Shown here in pieces: positions 39,389 through 48,366 of a DNA stretch of 64,000 nucleotides (its first letter is position 1; each line of letters starts with the position of its first letter). The DNA comes from Archangium sp. Lineage in GTDB: Bacteria > Myxococcota > Myxococcia > Myxococcales > Myxococcaceae. Made by a program: the position numbers and the translations under genes. Under the pieces are notes generated by a model. The model ran no database searches, was not told where the DNA came from, and saw nothing but the letters and a program-made list of their open reading frames with translations. Location of the stretch: the NCBI GenBank assembly GCA_047600485.1, contig JASGKS010000001.1:6720259-6784258 (forward strand), in the 5' to 3' direction.

Positions 39389-41350
39389 CTACTTCGCCTT
39401 CGGCTTCACCATGAAGTAGCCCATCATCTCGAGGTGCAGCGCCGAGCAGAACTCGGTGCAGTACATCGGGAAGACGCCCGGCTTGTCGGCGACGAACTTC
39501 ACGTTCTCGTGCTTGCCGGGCTCGAGCGACAAGTTGATGCCGTACATGTCGATGGTGAAGCCGTGCACCTGGTCCTCGGCCTGCTCGACCGAGGTGATGT
39601 GCAGGTAGACGATGTCGCCCTCTTCGACCTCGATGCGGTCGGGCGTGAAGTGGCTGCGAATGGCAGTCATGTACACGTTGACCACGTTGCCGTTGCGCTC
39701 GATGCGCTCCTTGCCCGGCGTGACGGCGAACTCGTCCTTCTGATCAGTGTAGGGGTTGGTGCCCATCGGGTAGACCTTCATGGGCGCCAACTTGTCCGCC
39801 TTGATCATCTGCGCGTAGTGCGGCTCGCCGATGCCGATGGGCATGTCGGCCAGCAGCTTCATCTTTTGTCCGTCGATGCCGACCAGCTGGAAGTTCTGCG
39901 GGTAGAGCGGACCGATGTTCGCGAAGCGGTCGATGCTCATCTTGTTCATCGCCACTACGTACTTGCCGTCGGGGCTGACCGTGTCGCCCTCCGCCGCGAG
40001 GATGTGGCCGATGTTGTAGTGAACCGGCAACTTCTCGACGACCTTCAGGGTCTTCAGGTCCCACTTCGCGACCACGCTCTCGATGAACACCGAGGTGTAG
40101 GCGAAGCCCTTGTCGTCGTAGACGGTGTGCAGCGGCCCAAGGCCGATCTCCACCTGCCCGCGAATGCTGTCCTTGAACGGGAGGATGTTGAGGCCGTAGC
40201 TGTCCTTGCCCTCGAACGTTCCCGCCTCGATGAGGTTCTTGATCTTCTCGAAGCGATACACGGTGGCGTGCGTGTCGAGCTTGCCGCCGACCACGATGTC
40301 TTCACCGTCGGGAGTGACGTCGACGCCGTGCGGTGACTTCGGCTCTGCGATGAGCGTGAGCACCTTCTCCGGCCCGGTGACCTCGAGCGGCAGCACCTTC
40401 ACGCCCTTGATGGTCTTCGCCTTGCCTTCCTTCACCAGCGCTTCGGCCTTCTTCCAGTTGATGACGTGGAGGAAGTCGGTGTCGTTCTGCGACGCGCCAG
40501 ACTCGACGGGCGGGTTGCCTTCGAGAATTCCGCCCGTAGCCATCTCGGTGTTGAAGCTGTTGATGAAGATGTAGCCGTCAGACGCGCGCTTGCCGGAGTC
40601 GGCGAGGTCCTGCGTGTACGGCGGCAGCTCGACGCCGAACGACTCGCTCTCGACGATGCGGCCCTTCGTGCGGTCGAACTTCCAGAACATCGCCAGGCCG
40701 CGGTACTTCTCCTTGTACTGGCTGACCGGCACGTACTCGCGGCCCAGCGGCGACGGGTACTGGCTGGTCTCGATGACGTAGTCGGTGTTGGGCGTGACGA
40801 AGGCGCCGCCGTGGTCGGACGCGACCAGCGGGTTGGGCACGATCTGCTTCGTCGCGAAGTCCGACAGGTCGACCACCGCCACGCGCGCGTTCGCCTTGTC
40901 GTTCACGAAGAGGAACTTGCCGTCGTAGTCGCCGTTCATCTCGCTCAGGTTCGGGTGGTGCACGTCGGCCCACGCGAGCTTGCCGCCCTTGTATTGCTGG
41001 CCACCCTCGAGCACCTGATCAGACAGACCGCCGTAGCCGTAGCCCTGCCACGGCTCGGGCGTGAACACGCCGAGCACCTTCAACAACCGCATCGAAGGCA
41101 CGCCGATGGTGAGCACCTGACCAGACTGACCACCCGACGCGAAGATGACGTAGTCGTCCTTCTGCCCGCTGGGCTTGTACGTGAGGAGCGCGGCCTCGAC
41201 GTCGGCTTCGCTCAACTTGCGCTGAGCCATGATGTCCTTGAGGCCCGCGCTGGCTTGAGCGACGGGAGCGGAAGACGGCGTGCCCGGCGTCGAGCCCGAA
41301 GAGCAGGCGCTCACGGACAGAACGACGAGGGCGAGGAGAAGACGTTTCAT
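39389..41350 (-). CDS. nosZ: Nitrous-oxide reductase NosZ, clade II (Sec/lipoprotein type)
   Basis: 653 aa. N-terminal MKRLLLALVVLSVSAC with no twin-Arg. Beta-propeller CuZ His region. C-terminal CuA motif CTEFCSALHLEMMGYF. Strong GGAGG RBS. Confidence 0.95.
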   Translation of the reverse strand: MKRLLLALVVLSVSACSSGSTPGTPSSAPVAQASAGLKDIMAQRKLSEADVEAALLTYKPSGQKDDYVIFASGGQSGQVLTIGVPSMRLLKVLGVFTPEPWQGYGYGGLSDQVLEGGQQYKGGKLAWADVHHPNLSEMNGDYDGKFLFVNDKANARVAVVDLSDFATKQIVPNPLVASDHGGAFVTPNTDYVIETSQYPSPLGREYVPVSQYKEKYRGLAMFWKFDRTKGRIVESESFGVELPPYTQDLADSGKRASDGYIFINSFNTEMATGGILEGNPPVESGASQNDTDFLHVINWKKAEALVKEGKAKTIKGVKVLPLEVTGPEKVLTLIAEPKSPHGVDVTPDGEDIVVGGKLDTHATVYRFEKIKNLIEAGTFEGKDSYGLNILPFKDSIRGQVEIGLGPLHTVYDDKGFAYTSVFIESVVAKWDLKTLKVVEKLPVHYNIGHILAAEGDTVSPDGKYVVAMNKMSIDRFANIGPLYPQNFQLVGIDGQKMKLLADMPIGIGEPHYAQMIKADKLAPMKVYPMGTNPYTDQKDEFAVTPGKERIERNGNVVNVYMTAIRSHFTPDRIEVEEGDIVYLHITSVEQAEDQVHGFTIDMYGINLSLEPGKHENVKFVADKPGVFPMYCTEFCSALHLEMMGYFMVKPKAK

Positions 41351-41391
41351 GTGAACCTCCGGGAGTTGCGAGTCGTGACGGCGCGCTGAAG

Positions 41392-41407
41392 TGCGAGCGA
41401 TGTGCCA
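41392..41407 (-). promoter_or_regulatory. Candidate sigma-54 (-24/-12) promoter upstream of nosZ
   Basis: The minus strand reads TGGCAC-ATCGC-TCGCA. The GG/GC spacing is exact and there is one mismatch to the TTGCA -12 element. The -12 element lies about 40 nt upstream of the nosZ ATG. Confidence 0.45.
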
Positions 41408-41515
41408 GCGCTGATCAGGAGCGCGGAGCGAGCGCAGCGCGTCGATTCGCTGCAGCGCGTGCGCGCGAGCCCGAATTCACGCAACCAGTGCGCACCGGCA
41501 TGTTCCGCCGCCGGT

Positions 41516-42495
41516 TCACTTTGAAACCGCCTCGTATTGCTTGAGCTTGCGCCACAGCGTGGTGCGCCCGATGCCGAGCACGCGCGCGGCGTCGACCAGC
41601 TGACCTCCGCAGGCGTCGAGCACGCGCAACACGTGCCGCTTCTCCGCCTCGTAGAGCGAGAGGAGCGGGTCGTTCACCGTCAGCGCCGGCTGCAGCACCA
41701 CCTCGGGCAGATGCGCCGGCTCGATGGCCTGGCCACGCGCGAGCTGTGCGGCGCTGCGCACGGCGTTGTGAAGCTCGCGCACGTTGCCCGGCCACGAATA
41801 GGCGCGCAGCGCACCGAGCGATGCCGGCACGAAGCCGGCGTGGTTGCCCTGCTGCTCGAGGAACATCTCGGCGAGCGAGAGCACGTCGTCACCGCGCGCG
41901 CGCAGCGGCGGCACTTCGAGCGTGAACACGCTGAGCCGATAGAAGAGGTCTTCGCGAAACCGCCCGTCGCGCACGAGTCGTTGCAGGTCGTGCACGGTCG
42001 AGCACACCAGCCGTACGTCGACGTGCACGGGTGCGCCGCCGCTCGGGTGAACTTCACGGTCTTCGACGACGCGGAGCAGCGGCCCTGCACCACGAGCGGG
42101 AGGTCTGCCACCTCGTCGAGAAAGAGCGTTCCCCCGTGCGCCACTTCGAATGCGCCGTGGCGCAACACCGCGCCGAAGAGCTCGAGCGACAGCGCGTCGA
42201 CTTCGCCCGCGGCGCAGTTGAGCACCACGAACGGCCGGTCGCGCCGCGGACTGTTCACGTGGAGCGTGCGCGCGAGCACCTCTTTCCCGACGCCGGGCTC
42301 TCCACGCAGGAGCAGCGGCTCGGGAGCACCCGCGAGCGCCTCGAGGCGCGAGAGAATGGTCTGCATCGTCTCGCTCTGCGCGACGAGTCGGCGGCAGGTG
42401 CGCGGGCCGGCGTGCTGCTCGGCCGCGGCGCTGCAAATCCTGCACAGCGTGCCTCGCTCGACCGGGCTGCTGCACGTGAAGGGTCCCAGAGCCAT
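41516..42495 (-). pseudogene. Sigma-54-dependent activator with Cys-rich N-terminus, interrupted by a -1 frameshift (or sequencing error)
   Basis: The N-terminal part (GEPGVGKE...GGTLFLDEVADLPLVVQGR) and the C-terminal part (LLRVVEDRE...VDVRLVCST...GNVRELHN...HTH) are each contiguous but lie in two frames. The junction at about 42079-42083 is consistent with one missing C. Confidence 0.7.
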
Positions 42496-42561
42496 GCGCA
42501 GATGCGGTGCATGGACGGTACCGGCGCGACGCTGGCGTGCCCGATGCACCGCAGGCTGCGC

Positions 42562-43221
42562 ATGAAGATCTACCTCTCGCGCTTCTACGCCTTCCTCGCG
42601 CAGCCGCTCCGGCCGGTCTCGCGCGTCGTGCTCGCGACGCTGGCCGTGCCGCTGGCGCTGGCGTTCTTCCAGCCGCTGTGGCGCATCTCGATGGAAGCGC
42701 CGCAGTACCCCGCGGGGCTGTACCTCGACATCTACGCGCACACCGTCGAGGGCGGGAACGGCGGCCAGCACCTTCAGGAAATCAACACGCTCAATCACTA
42801 CATCGGCATGCGCACGCTCGATCGCGCGGCGATGACCGACCTCGACTGGATTCCGTTTGCGCTCGGCGCGCTGCTCATCTTCGCGCTGCGCGTGGCCGCC
42901 ATCGGCAACGTGAGCTCGCTGGTCGATCTCGCGGTCGCCACCTTCTATGTGAGCGCCTTCGCGTTCGGCCGCTTCGTCTACACGCTGTGGGTGTTCGGTC
43001 ATCACCTGAAGCCCGATGCGCCCGTGAAGGTGCCGGGGTTCATGCCCGCGGTGCTGGGCAGCAAGCAGATCGCCAACTTCACGACGCACAGCGGGCCACG
43101 CGAGGGCTCGTTCCTCCTCGGCGTCTTCGTGTTGGGCGTGCTCGGCGTACTCCTCTTTCACCTCGTCGCAGGGCGGCGTGAGGCCGTGCGGCAGGCGGCG
43201 CTCGCTGGCGCGGCGGCTTGA
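42562..43221 (+). CDS. Hypothetical integral membrane protein (4 TM)
   Basis: Divergent from the sigma-54 activator. Hydrophobic helices. First gene of the plus-strand operon. Confidence 0.5.
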   Translation: MKIYLSRFYAFLAQPLRPVSRVVLATLAVPLALAFFQPLWRISMEAPQYPAGLYLDIYAHTVEGGNGGQHLQEINTLNHYIGMRTLDRAAMTDLDWIPFALGALLIFALRVAAIGNVSSLVDLAVATFYVSAFAFGRFVYTLWVFGHHLKPDAPVKVPGFMPAVLGSKQIANFTTHSGPREGSFLLGVFVLGVLGVLLFHLVAGRREAVRQAALAGAAA

Positions 43222-43224
43222 CCC

Positions 43225-44499
43225 ATGACGACGCTCACGCAACGCCACCTGCGTCTGGGCGTGGTCGCGACGCCCGCACGTCAGGCCGCGCCATGGACAC
43301 CGTTCGTCGTCGCGTCGCTCGTCTTCACCGTGCTCGTCGGAGCGCTCACCGGCGCGCTCGACTTGTGGACGTTGCGCGTCCTCCAGACTGCGGTGCCCGA
43401 GGCGCATCGGCAGGCGCACGCGCTCGGTCAGCTGTTCGGCTTCCTGTGGCTGCTGACGCTCGGCGTCTCGCTGCACCTCGCTCCGAAGTTCTTCGCGCAC
43501 CCCGAGCCACGCCCTGAGCTGGTGCGCGCGCTCGCGTGGTTCGGCATCGGCGGCGTGGTGCTGCTCGTCATCGGCCGCTTCGGCCGGCTGGTTCCGCACT
43601 CCGCTTCACTCGGCGCCGTCGGTGCGTTCGCGCTGCTGGTGACGATGACCGCGTGGCTCCACTGGCTCTCGCAGGCGTGGAGACAGGGCGTCGCGCCGAA
43701 GGAGCCGCTCCACGCCTTCATCACCGCGGGCGCCGCGTGGTGGTGGCTCGCTTCGCTCGGCGTCATGGCGTGGACGTGGTGGCCCGCGAAGGTGCCGCTC
43801 GAGGCCGTGTGGCGCATCGCGCTCTTCGGCGGCGTCGCGTCGTGGCTGTGGGGCGTCTTCTTCCGCGCAGGAATCTGCACCTTGCGCGTGCAGCGACCGA
43901 CGCTCCGCTCGCAGTGGGTGCTCTTCGGCATGTGGCAGCTCGCGAGCGCCTCGAGCGTGCTCGCCGTGGTCTTCGACGCGCGCGCGCTGCAATTCACCGC
44001 CGGCCTCAGCATGGCCGCGGCGTGCGCGCTGTTGTGGCGCAACGTGCGGCCCTTCTCGGGTGACGGCGTCGCGGCGCTCGGGGCGCTCCAGCCGCGCGCG
44101 GTGCAGGCCGGCCTGGTCTTCGTCGCGCTCTTCGGCGCACTGCAGGCGTGGGTGGCGCTGCGCGCGCTCGAGGTGTGGAGCCCTGCGTTGCTCGACGATG
44201 CCGCTCGGCACGCGTTCACGCTCGGCGCGGCGACTCTGCTCGCGTTCGGCTTCGCCGGGCGCATGGTGCCCGGCTTCCTCGGAACCTCTCTGCGTTGGCC
44301 GCGCGTCTACGACGTCGGCGTGGTGCTCGTGGCGTGCGGCGCCGCCGGTCGATTCGCCGAGCTGTCGGCCCTGCCCGTGATGCAGCGCCTCGCGGGGGGC
44401 TCCGGTGCGCTCGCGGCCCTCGGCGTCACGGCCCTCACCGCCTCGCTGCTGCGCTCGATTCGCGCAGGACGCGCTCTGCAGCAGGAGCGCGCGTCATGA
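43225..44499 (+). CDS. Polytopic membrane protein, NnrS-like (NO-response heme-copper membrane protein family)
   Basis: 424 aa, about 12 TM helices, Trp/His-rich. The NnrS assignment rests on size, topology and denitrification context. Confidence 0.45.
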   Translation: MTTLTQRHLRLGVVATPARQAAPWTPFVVASLVFTVLVGALTGALDLWTLRVLQTAVPEAHRQAHALGQLFGFLWLLTLGVSLHLAPKFFAHPEPRPELVRALAWFGIGGVVLLVIGRFGRLVPHSASLGAVGAFALLVTMTAWLHWLSQAWRQGVAPKEPLHAFITAGAAWWWLASLGVMAWTWWPAKVPLEAVWRIALFGGVASWLWGVFFRAGICTLRVQRPTLRSQWVLFGMWQLASASSVLAVVFDARALQFTAGLSMAAACALLWRNVRPFSGDGVAALGALQPRAVQAGLVFVALFGALQAWVALRALEVWSPALLDDAARHAFTLGAATLLAFGFAGRMVPGFLGTSLRWPRVYDVGVVLVACGAAGRFAELSALPVMQRLAGGSGALAALGVTALTASLLRSIRAGRALQQERAS

Positions 44500-45392
44500 G
44501 CGTCAGAAAAGTAAGTCTTTGCTTACTTCTATTGGCGGCTCCTGCGGCACAAGGCGCGGCCTGCTGCCTGTCGGTCTCGGTGGTCGGGGCCGGCCGGCTC
44601 ACCGCGTGGGAAGCGGGAGCAGCGGGCGTCTCGTCTTCTTTCGCGCACAGCACCGGGCGCTGGAACGGCGCCAGCACCTGGCGAGCCTTCGACGGCGGCC
44701 TGCTGGAAGACGAGCTGCGCTTCGAAGCGTGGGGCATCGTGCGGCTCGCCGACGCGTGGCAGCTCTCGGCGCGCGTGCCGTGGGTCGTCGGTTTCCGCTC
44801 GGCGGGTGACGTGAACTCGGTCGGCACGGGCCCGGGTGACGTCAGCGCCGCGATTCGCTGGGAAGCGGTGCCGCTCGGAGCGTGGCTGCACGTACCGGGC
44901 ATCGCGTTCACCGCCGGCGTCACGGGTCCGACGGGCCGACGGCCGGAGCAGGCCACCGACACGCTCGGAGCGAGCATCACCGGGCGCGGCGCGTTCGGCG
45001 GAAGTCTTGGCGTGACGGTCGAGGAGACGTGGAACCCGTGGTTCGTGCGCGGAGACGGTGGAGCGACGGTGTTCGCTCCGTTCACGCGGCAGGACCTCGG
45101 CGCGTCGCAGTGGCTCGGCCCCAACCTGCAGGTCGCGCTCTCGGGTGGCCGCGAGTTGTTCGAGAAGCTGGTGCTCGCGCTCTCGGTGCGCGTCGACCAC
45201 GACTTCCCGTACGCGCTCGACGGTCGCGTCATCGCGGGTTCCGCGGCGACCACGCTCTCGGCTTCGGCCTCAGCCGCATGGAAGGTGACCAACCACTGGA
45301 CCGTCACGGCCGCCGTCACCGGCGACGCGCTGGGCGTCAACCGCGAGGCGCGTCTCGCCGCCACCCTCGGAGTTCGTCATGGCTTCTTCTGA
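44496..45392 (+). CDS. Outer-membrane beta-barrel-like protein
   Basis: Signal peptide, alternating amphipathic strands, C-terminal ...HGFF. ATGA overlap with the upstream gene. Confidence 0.45.
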   Translation: MSVRKVSLCLLLLAAPAAQGAACCLSVSVVGAGRLTAWEAGAAGVSSSFAHSTGRWNGASTWRAFDGGLLEDELRFEAWGIVRLADAWQLSARVPWVVGFRSAGDVNSVGTGPGDVSAAIRWEAVPLGAWLHVPGIAFTAGVTGPTGRRPEQATDTLGASITGRGAFGGSLGVTVEETWNPWFVRGDGGATVFAPFTRQDLGASQWLGPNLQVALSGGRELFEKLVLALSVRVDHDFPYALDGRVIAGSAATTLSASASAAWKVTNHWTVTAAVTGDALGVNREARLAATLGVRHGFF

Positions 45393-46011
45393 GCTGCGCC
45401 GCGCCATCGCTGTCGCCGTGCTGGTGTTCGCGGGCTGCGCGACGTCGAGCTCGTCGCGCGGGTTGCAGCACGCGACGCTGACCTCGACCACGCGCGCGCG
45501 CACCACCGCGCAAGAACTCGTCGCCGCGTCCGACGGCACGGTGTTCGTCTTCTGGTCGGGCGGCTGCCCGTGCGTGCGCCGCTACCAGGCGCGCATCGAA
45601 GCGCTCGCGGCCGAGTGGAGCGTTCGCGGCATCGCGTTCGTGCAGGTCTCGAGCAACGCGGGAGAGAGCATCGACTCGCTCGCCGACGTGGCGCGAAACC
45701 GCGGGCTGAAGCTGCCGCTGTGGCGCGACGACGAAGGCGCGCTGGCCGAAGCGCTCGACGCGCGCACCACACCGACCGTGGTGTTCGTCGCGCGTGATGG
45801 CCGCGTGCTCTACCGCGGGTGGATCGACAACGAGCGCGCGCCCGGAGAAGACGGTCGCGAGGCGTGGCTCGAAGACGCGCTCGTAGGCTTCACCGCGGGC
45901 AGGCCGTTCGCCAGCCGCACGCCGACCTGGGGCTGCACCATCACCCGCTCACTCGCGCGCTCGTCGGCGCCGCTGTGTCACGTCGTCACCGAAGAAGGAG
46001 TCACGCCATGA
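45379..46011 (+). CDS. Thioredoxin-fold lipoprotein (TlpA/Sco-like thiol-disulfide oxidoreductase)
   Basis: Lipobox FAGC. FVFWSGGCPCV redox motif. Confidence 0.6.
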   Translation: MASSELRRAIAVAVLVFAGCATSSSSRGLQHATLTSTTRARTTAQELVAASDGTVFVFWSGGCPCVRRYQARIEALAAEWSVRGIAFVQVSSNAGESIDSLADVARNRGLKLPLWRDDEGALAEALDARTTPTVVFVARDGRVLYRGWIDNERAPGEDGREAWLEDALVGFTAGRPFASRTPTWGCTITRSLARSSAPLCHVVTEEGVTP

Positions 46012-46793
46012 AGTTCTTTGGGCTCTGCGTCGTTGTGTCGCTGTTCGCATGTGGGCCGCAGCCATCGGCCACTCCCGACTCCACGCTTCGTGCGAGCGCG
46101 ACGAGCGGTGAGCTGACGGTCGAACTGCGCTCCGACGAGCCGCTGCACGTCGGGCAGAACGTGGTGCGCTACCGGGTGTTGCACGACGGCGTCGACGCAC
46201 CGCACGCGCTGATCACGCAGACGCCGCGAATGCAGATGATCATGGGCTCGGGCGAGACCCCGCACGGGTGCCCGCTGAAGAACCCCGACCACGAGCCGAA
46301 CGCCGACGGCTTCTTCGAGGGGCTGCTGGTCTTCACCATGCCGAGCTCTGTCGACACGCGGTGGTCGCTCACGCTCGAGGTCGAGCTGCACCACGGCGCG
46401 GCGCCACTGCTCGTCGACTTCGGTGAGCTCGAGATTGCTGACTCCACGTCGCGGCAGTTCGCGATGCGTGACGGGCAGCGCGTGATGCTCACCGCGGCGC
46501 TCGAGTCGAAGCCGAAGCTGGGAGCGAACACCTTCATCGTCACCGCGCATCGCGCCGAAGACGCGGCCCTGCTCTCGTGGGTGCCGGTGACCGACCTGAC
46601 GTTCAGCGTGACGCCCGAGATGCCGGTGATGGGCCATGGGTCGTCGAACAACGAGGCTCCGGTGCCCGGCGAAGACGGCCTGTACCGGGGCACGGTGAAC
46701 TTCATGATGGCCGGTGACTGGGTGGTGCACGTGGGCGCGCGCGCTGGTGACGTCGCGCTGACGACCTTCGACGTGCCGTTCACCGTCGAGTGA
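46008..46793 (+). CDS. Lipoprotein with Met/His-rich putative Cu(I)-binding motif (CopC/YtkA/PCuAC-like)
   Basis: MKFFGLCVVVSLFAC lipobox. TPRMQMIMGSGETPHG and MPVMGHG Met-His clusters. Two beta-sandwich-like halves. Confidence 0.5.
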   Translation: MKFFGLCVVVSLFACGPQPSATPDSTLRASATSGELTVELRSDEPLHVGQNVVRYRVLHDGVDAPHALITQTPRMQMIMGSGETPHGCPLKNPDHEPNADGFFEGLLVFTMPSSVDTRWSLTLEVELHHGAAPLLVDFGELEIADSTSRQFAMRDGQRVMLTAALESKPKLGANTFIVTAHRAEDAALLSWVPVTDLTFSVTPEMPVMGHGSSNNEAPVPGEDGLYRGTVNFMMAGDWVVHVGARAGDVALTTFDVPFTVE

Positions 46794-46841
46794 GCATTGC
46801 TTCGTTTTGACGAAACATCGGTCGGCGCGTAGCTCACGCGC

Positions 46842-47279
46842 ATGTTGAAGACTCAAGTGCGCGCCGTACAGCGCGCGTATCCCCGCATCTACGTCGCGTG
46901 TCACACCGACCACCGCGGCCGTGGAACCACGCGCGACTCGGTCTCGCCGCGCGACGAGGCCATCCTCTCGCACCTCGACTTGAAGGAACCGCTCAAGCCC
47001 TCGACCCTCGCGAAGCACCTGGCGATTGGAATGCCGACGTTGTCGGAAGCCATCGATCGACTCGAGGTCGCCGGGCTCGTGGAACGCCGTCGCGCGGTGA
47101 AGGACCGACGTGAGGTCGAGCTGCGACTCACCGCTCGCGGAGAAGCGCTGTCGGCCGCACAGTCGGTGCTCGACGCGACACGGCTCGCTCGCGTGCTTCG
47201 CCGCCTGAGCGCCACCGAGCGAAAGTTGGCGGTGCGCGGCATGGAAGTGCTCGCGCACGCGTGTCGGGGCACGCCTTGA
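46842..47279 (+). CDS. MarR-family transcriptional regulator
   Basis: Winged-helix region LKPSTLAKHLAIGMPTLSEAIDRLEVAGLVERR. Confidence 0.8.
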   Translation: MLKTQVRAVQRAYPRIYVACHTDHRGRGTTRDSVSPRDEAILSHLDLKEPLKPSTLAKHLAIGMPTLSEAIDRLEVAGLVERRRAVKDRREVELRLTARGEALSAAQSVLDATRLARVLRRLSATERKLAVRGMEVLAHACRGTP

Positions 47280-47782
47280 AGCTCGCGCTCATCATCATCG
47301 CGGTGCTCGTCGCGCTGGTCCTCGTGATGTTCATCGTCGGAGCCATGCTGCCGAAGGACCACGTCGCGTCGCGTTCCGTCACGCTGAGCGTCCCGCCTGA
47401 GGTGGTGTTCGCGCTGATCAGCGACGTGAAGAACGCGCCGTCGTGGCGCTCGGGCCTGAGCGCCGTCGAAGGTGATGAGCAGCGCTTCATCGAAGTGACA
47501 CGACACGGGCGAATTCCGTTTCGCGTGCTCGAGAACACCGCGCCGAGCAAGCGGGTGGCGCAGATTGATGATCCGTCGCTGCCGTTCGGCGGAACGTGGA
47601 CGTGGGAGCTCGTTCCCGAGGGAACGTCAGGCACGCGCGTCACCGTCACCGAGCGAGGCACCGTGGGCCCGCCTCTCTTCCGCTTTCTCTCGCGCTTCGT
47701 GTTCGGCCACGACGGCACGCTGAAGCAGGTGCTGAACGACCTGCAGCGTCACTTCACGACGACGTCCCAGAGCGCTTCGTAG
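47261..47782 (+). CDS. SRPBCC (polyketide cyclase/dehydrase-like) protein with N-terminal TM anchor
   Basis: N-terminal TM helix followed by a START/Bet v1-like fold. Confidence 0.55.
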   Translation: MSGHALKLALIIIAVLVALVLVMFIVGAMLPKDHVASRSVTLSVPPEVVFALISDVKNAPSWRSGLSAVEGDEQRFIEVTRHGRIPFRVLENTAPSKRVAQIDDPSLPFGGTWTWELVPEGTSGTRVTVTERGTVGPPLFRFLSRFVFGHDGTLKQVLNDLQRHFTTTSQSAS

Positions 47783-48366
47783 AAGCTCGTCGCTCCGCGA
47801 AAGTCGGGCTGCGTTCCGAGGAAGAACGGAGTCTCTTCCGCGCTGATGGTCGCCACGCCGAAGAACGGGCGAAAGAACCACGCGGCCTGCGCTCCGACGA
47901 GCAGCGACATCGCGAGCCAGCACGCGACCAACGCTCGGCCACGCGAAGCGGAAAGTGAAGTCGCCGCCACGACGCTGCGCGACTGCCGAATCAACGCCAG
48001 CGTGCCGCAGATGCCGATGAGCACCACGTTCGCCGCCATGAACAGCGGGTACTCGTGCAACCCGCACTCGTCAGGCCGCTCGAGCGCACGCGAGAGAAAC
48101 AGGCTCACCGTGGCGAACGACGCCAGCAACACCGAGGCGTCGCGGAACAGCGAGAAGCTCAGCGTCTGCACCTGCGCGAATCGCAGCCGCGCTCCGAACG
48201 CTGCCGCGACGACGAAGTACGCCACCGCGCATACCGTCGCCGTCACCAGCAGGAACAGCGGGAACTTGATGACGTTGTGCAGACCGAACCGAAGGCTGTG
48301 CACACAGCCGATGGAGAAGCCGTACAGCGCCGCTCCGCCGATGAGCGTCAGCACCAACCGCTTCAC
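47749..48366 (-). CDS. Hypothetical membrane protein (paralog of upstream gene), GTG start
   Basis: Five to six TM helices. The GTG start overlaps the stop of the upstream paralog (GTGA). Sequence is similar to 48363-48980. Confidence 0.45.
   Translation of the reverse strand: MKRLVLTLIGGAALYGFSIGCVHSLRFGLHNVIKFPLFLLVTATVCAVAYFVVAAAFGARLRFAQVQTLSFSLFRDASVLLASFATVSLFLSRALERPDECGLHEYPLFMAANVVLIGICGTLALIRQSRSVVAATSLSASRGRALVACWLAMSLLVGAQAAWFFRPFFGVATISAEETPFFLGTQPDFRGATSFYEALWDVVVK

Noticed and set aside
41516-42495. Programmed frameshifting in the sigma-54 activator
   Set aside because: There is no slippery heptamer or stimulatory structure at the junction. A single missing C in a GCCGC context is more simply a mutation or sequencing error.
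41680-43599. 639-aa minus-strand ORF
   Set aside because: Only its C-terminal ~140 codons (the N-terminal half of the sigma-54 activator, up to about 42495) are real. The rest is antisense to the membrane/NnrS-like genes.
44435-45364. 309-aa minus-strand ORF
   Set aside because: Antisense to the outer-membrane/thioredoxin-like genes, which are supported by translational coupling on the plus strand.
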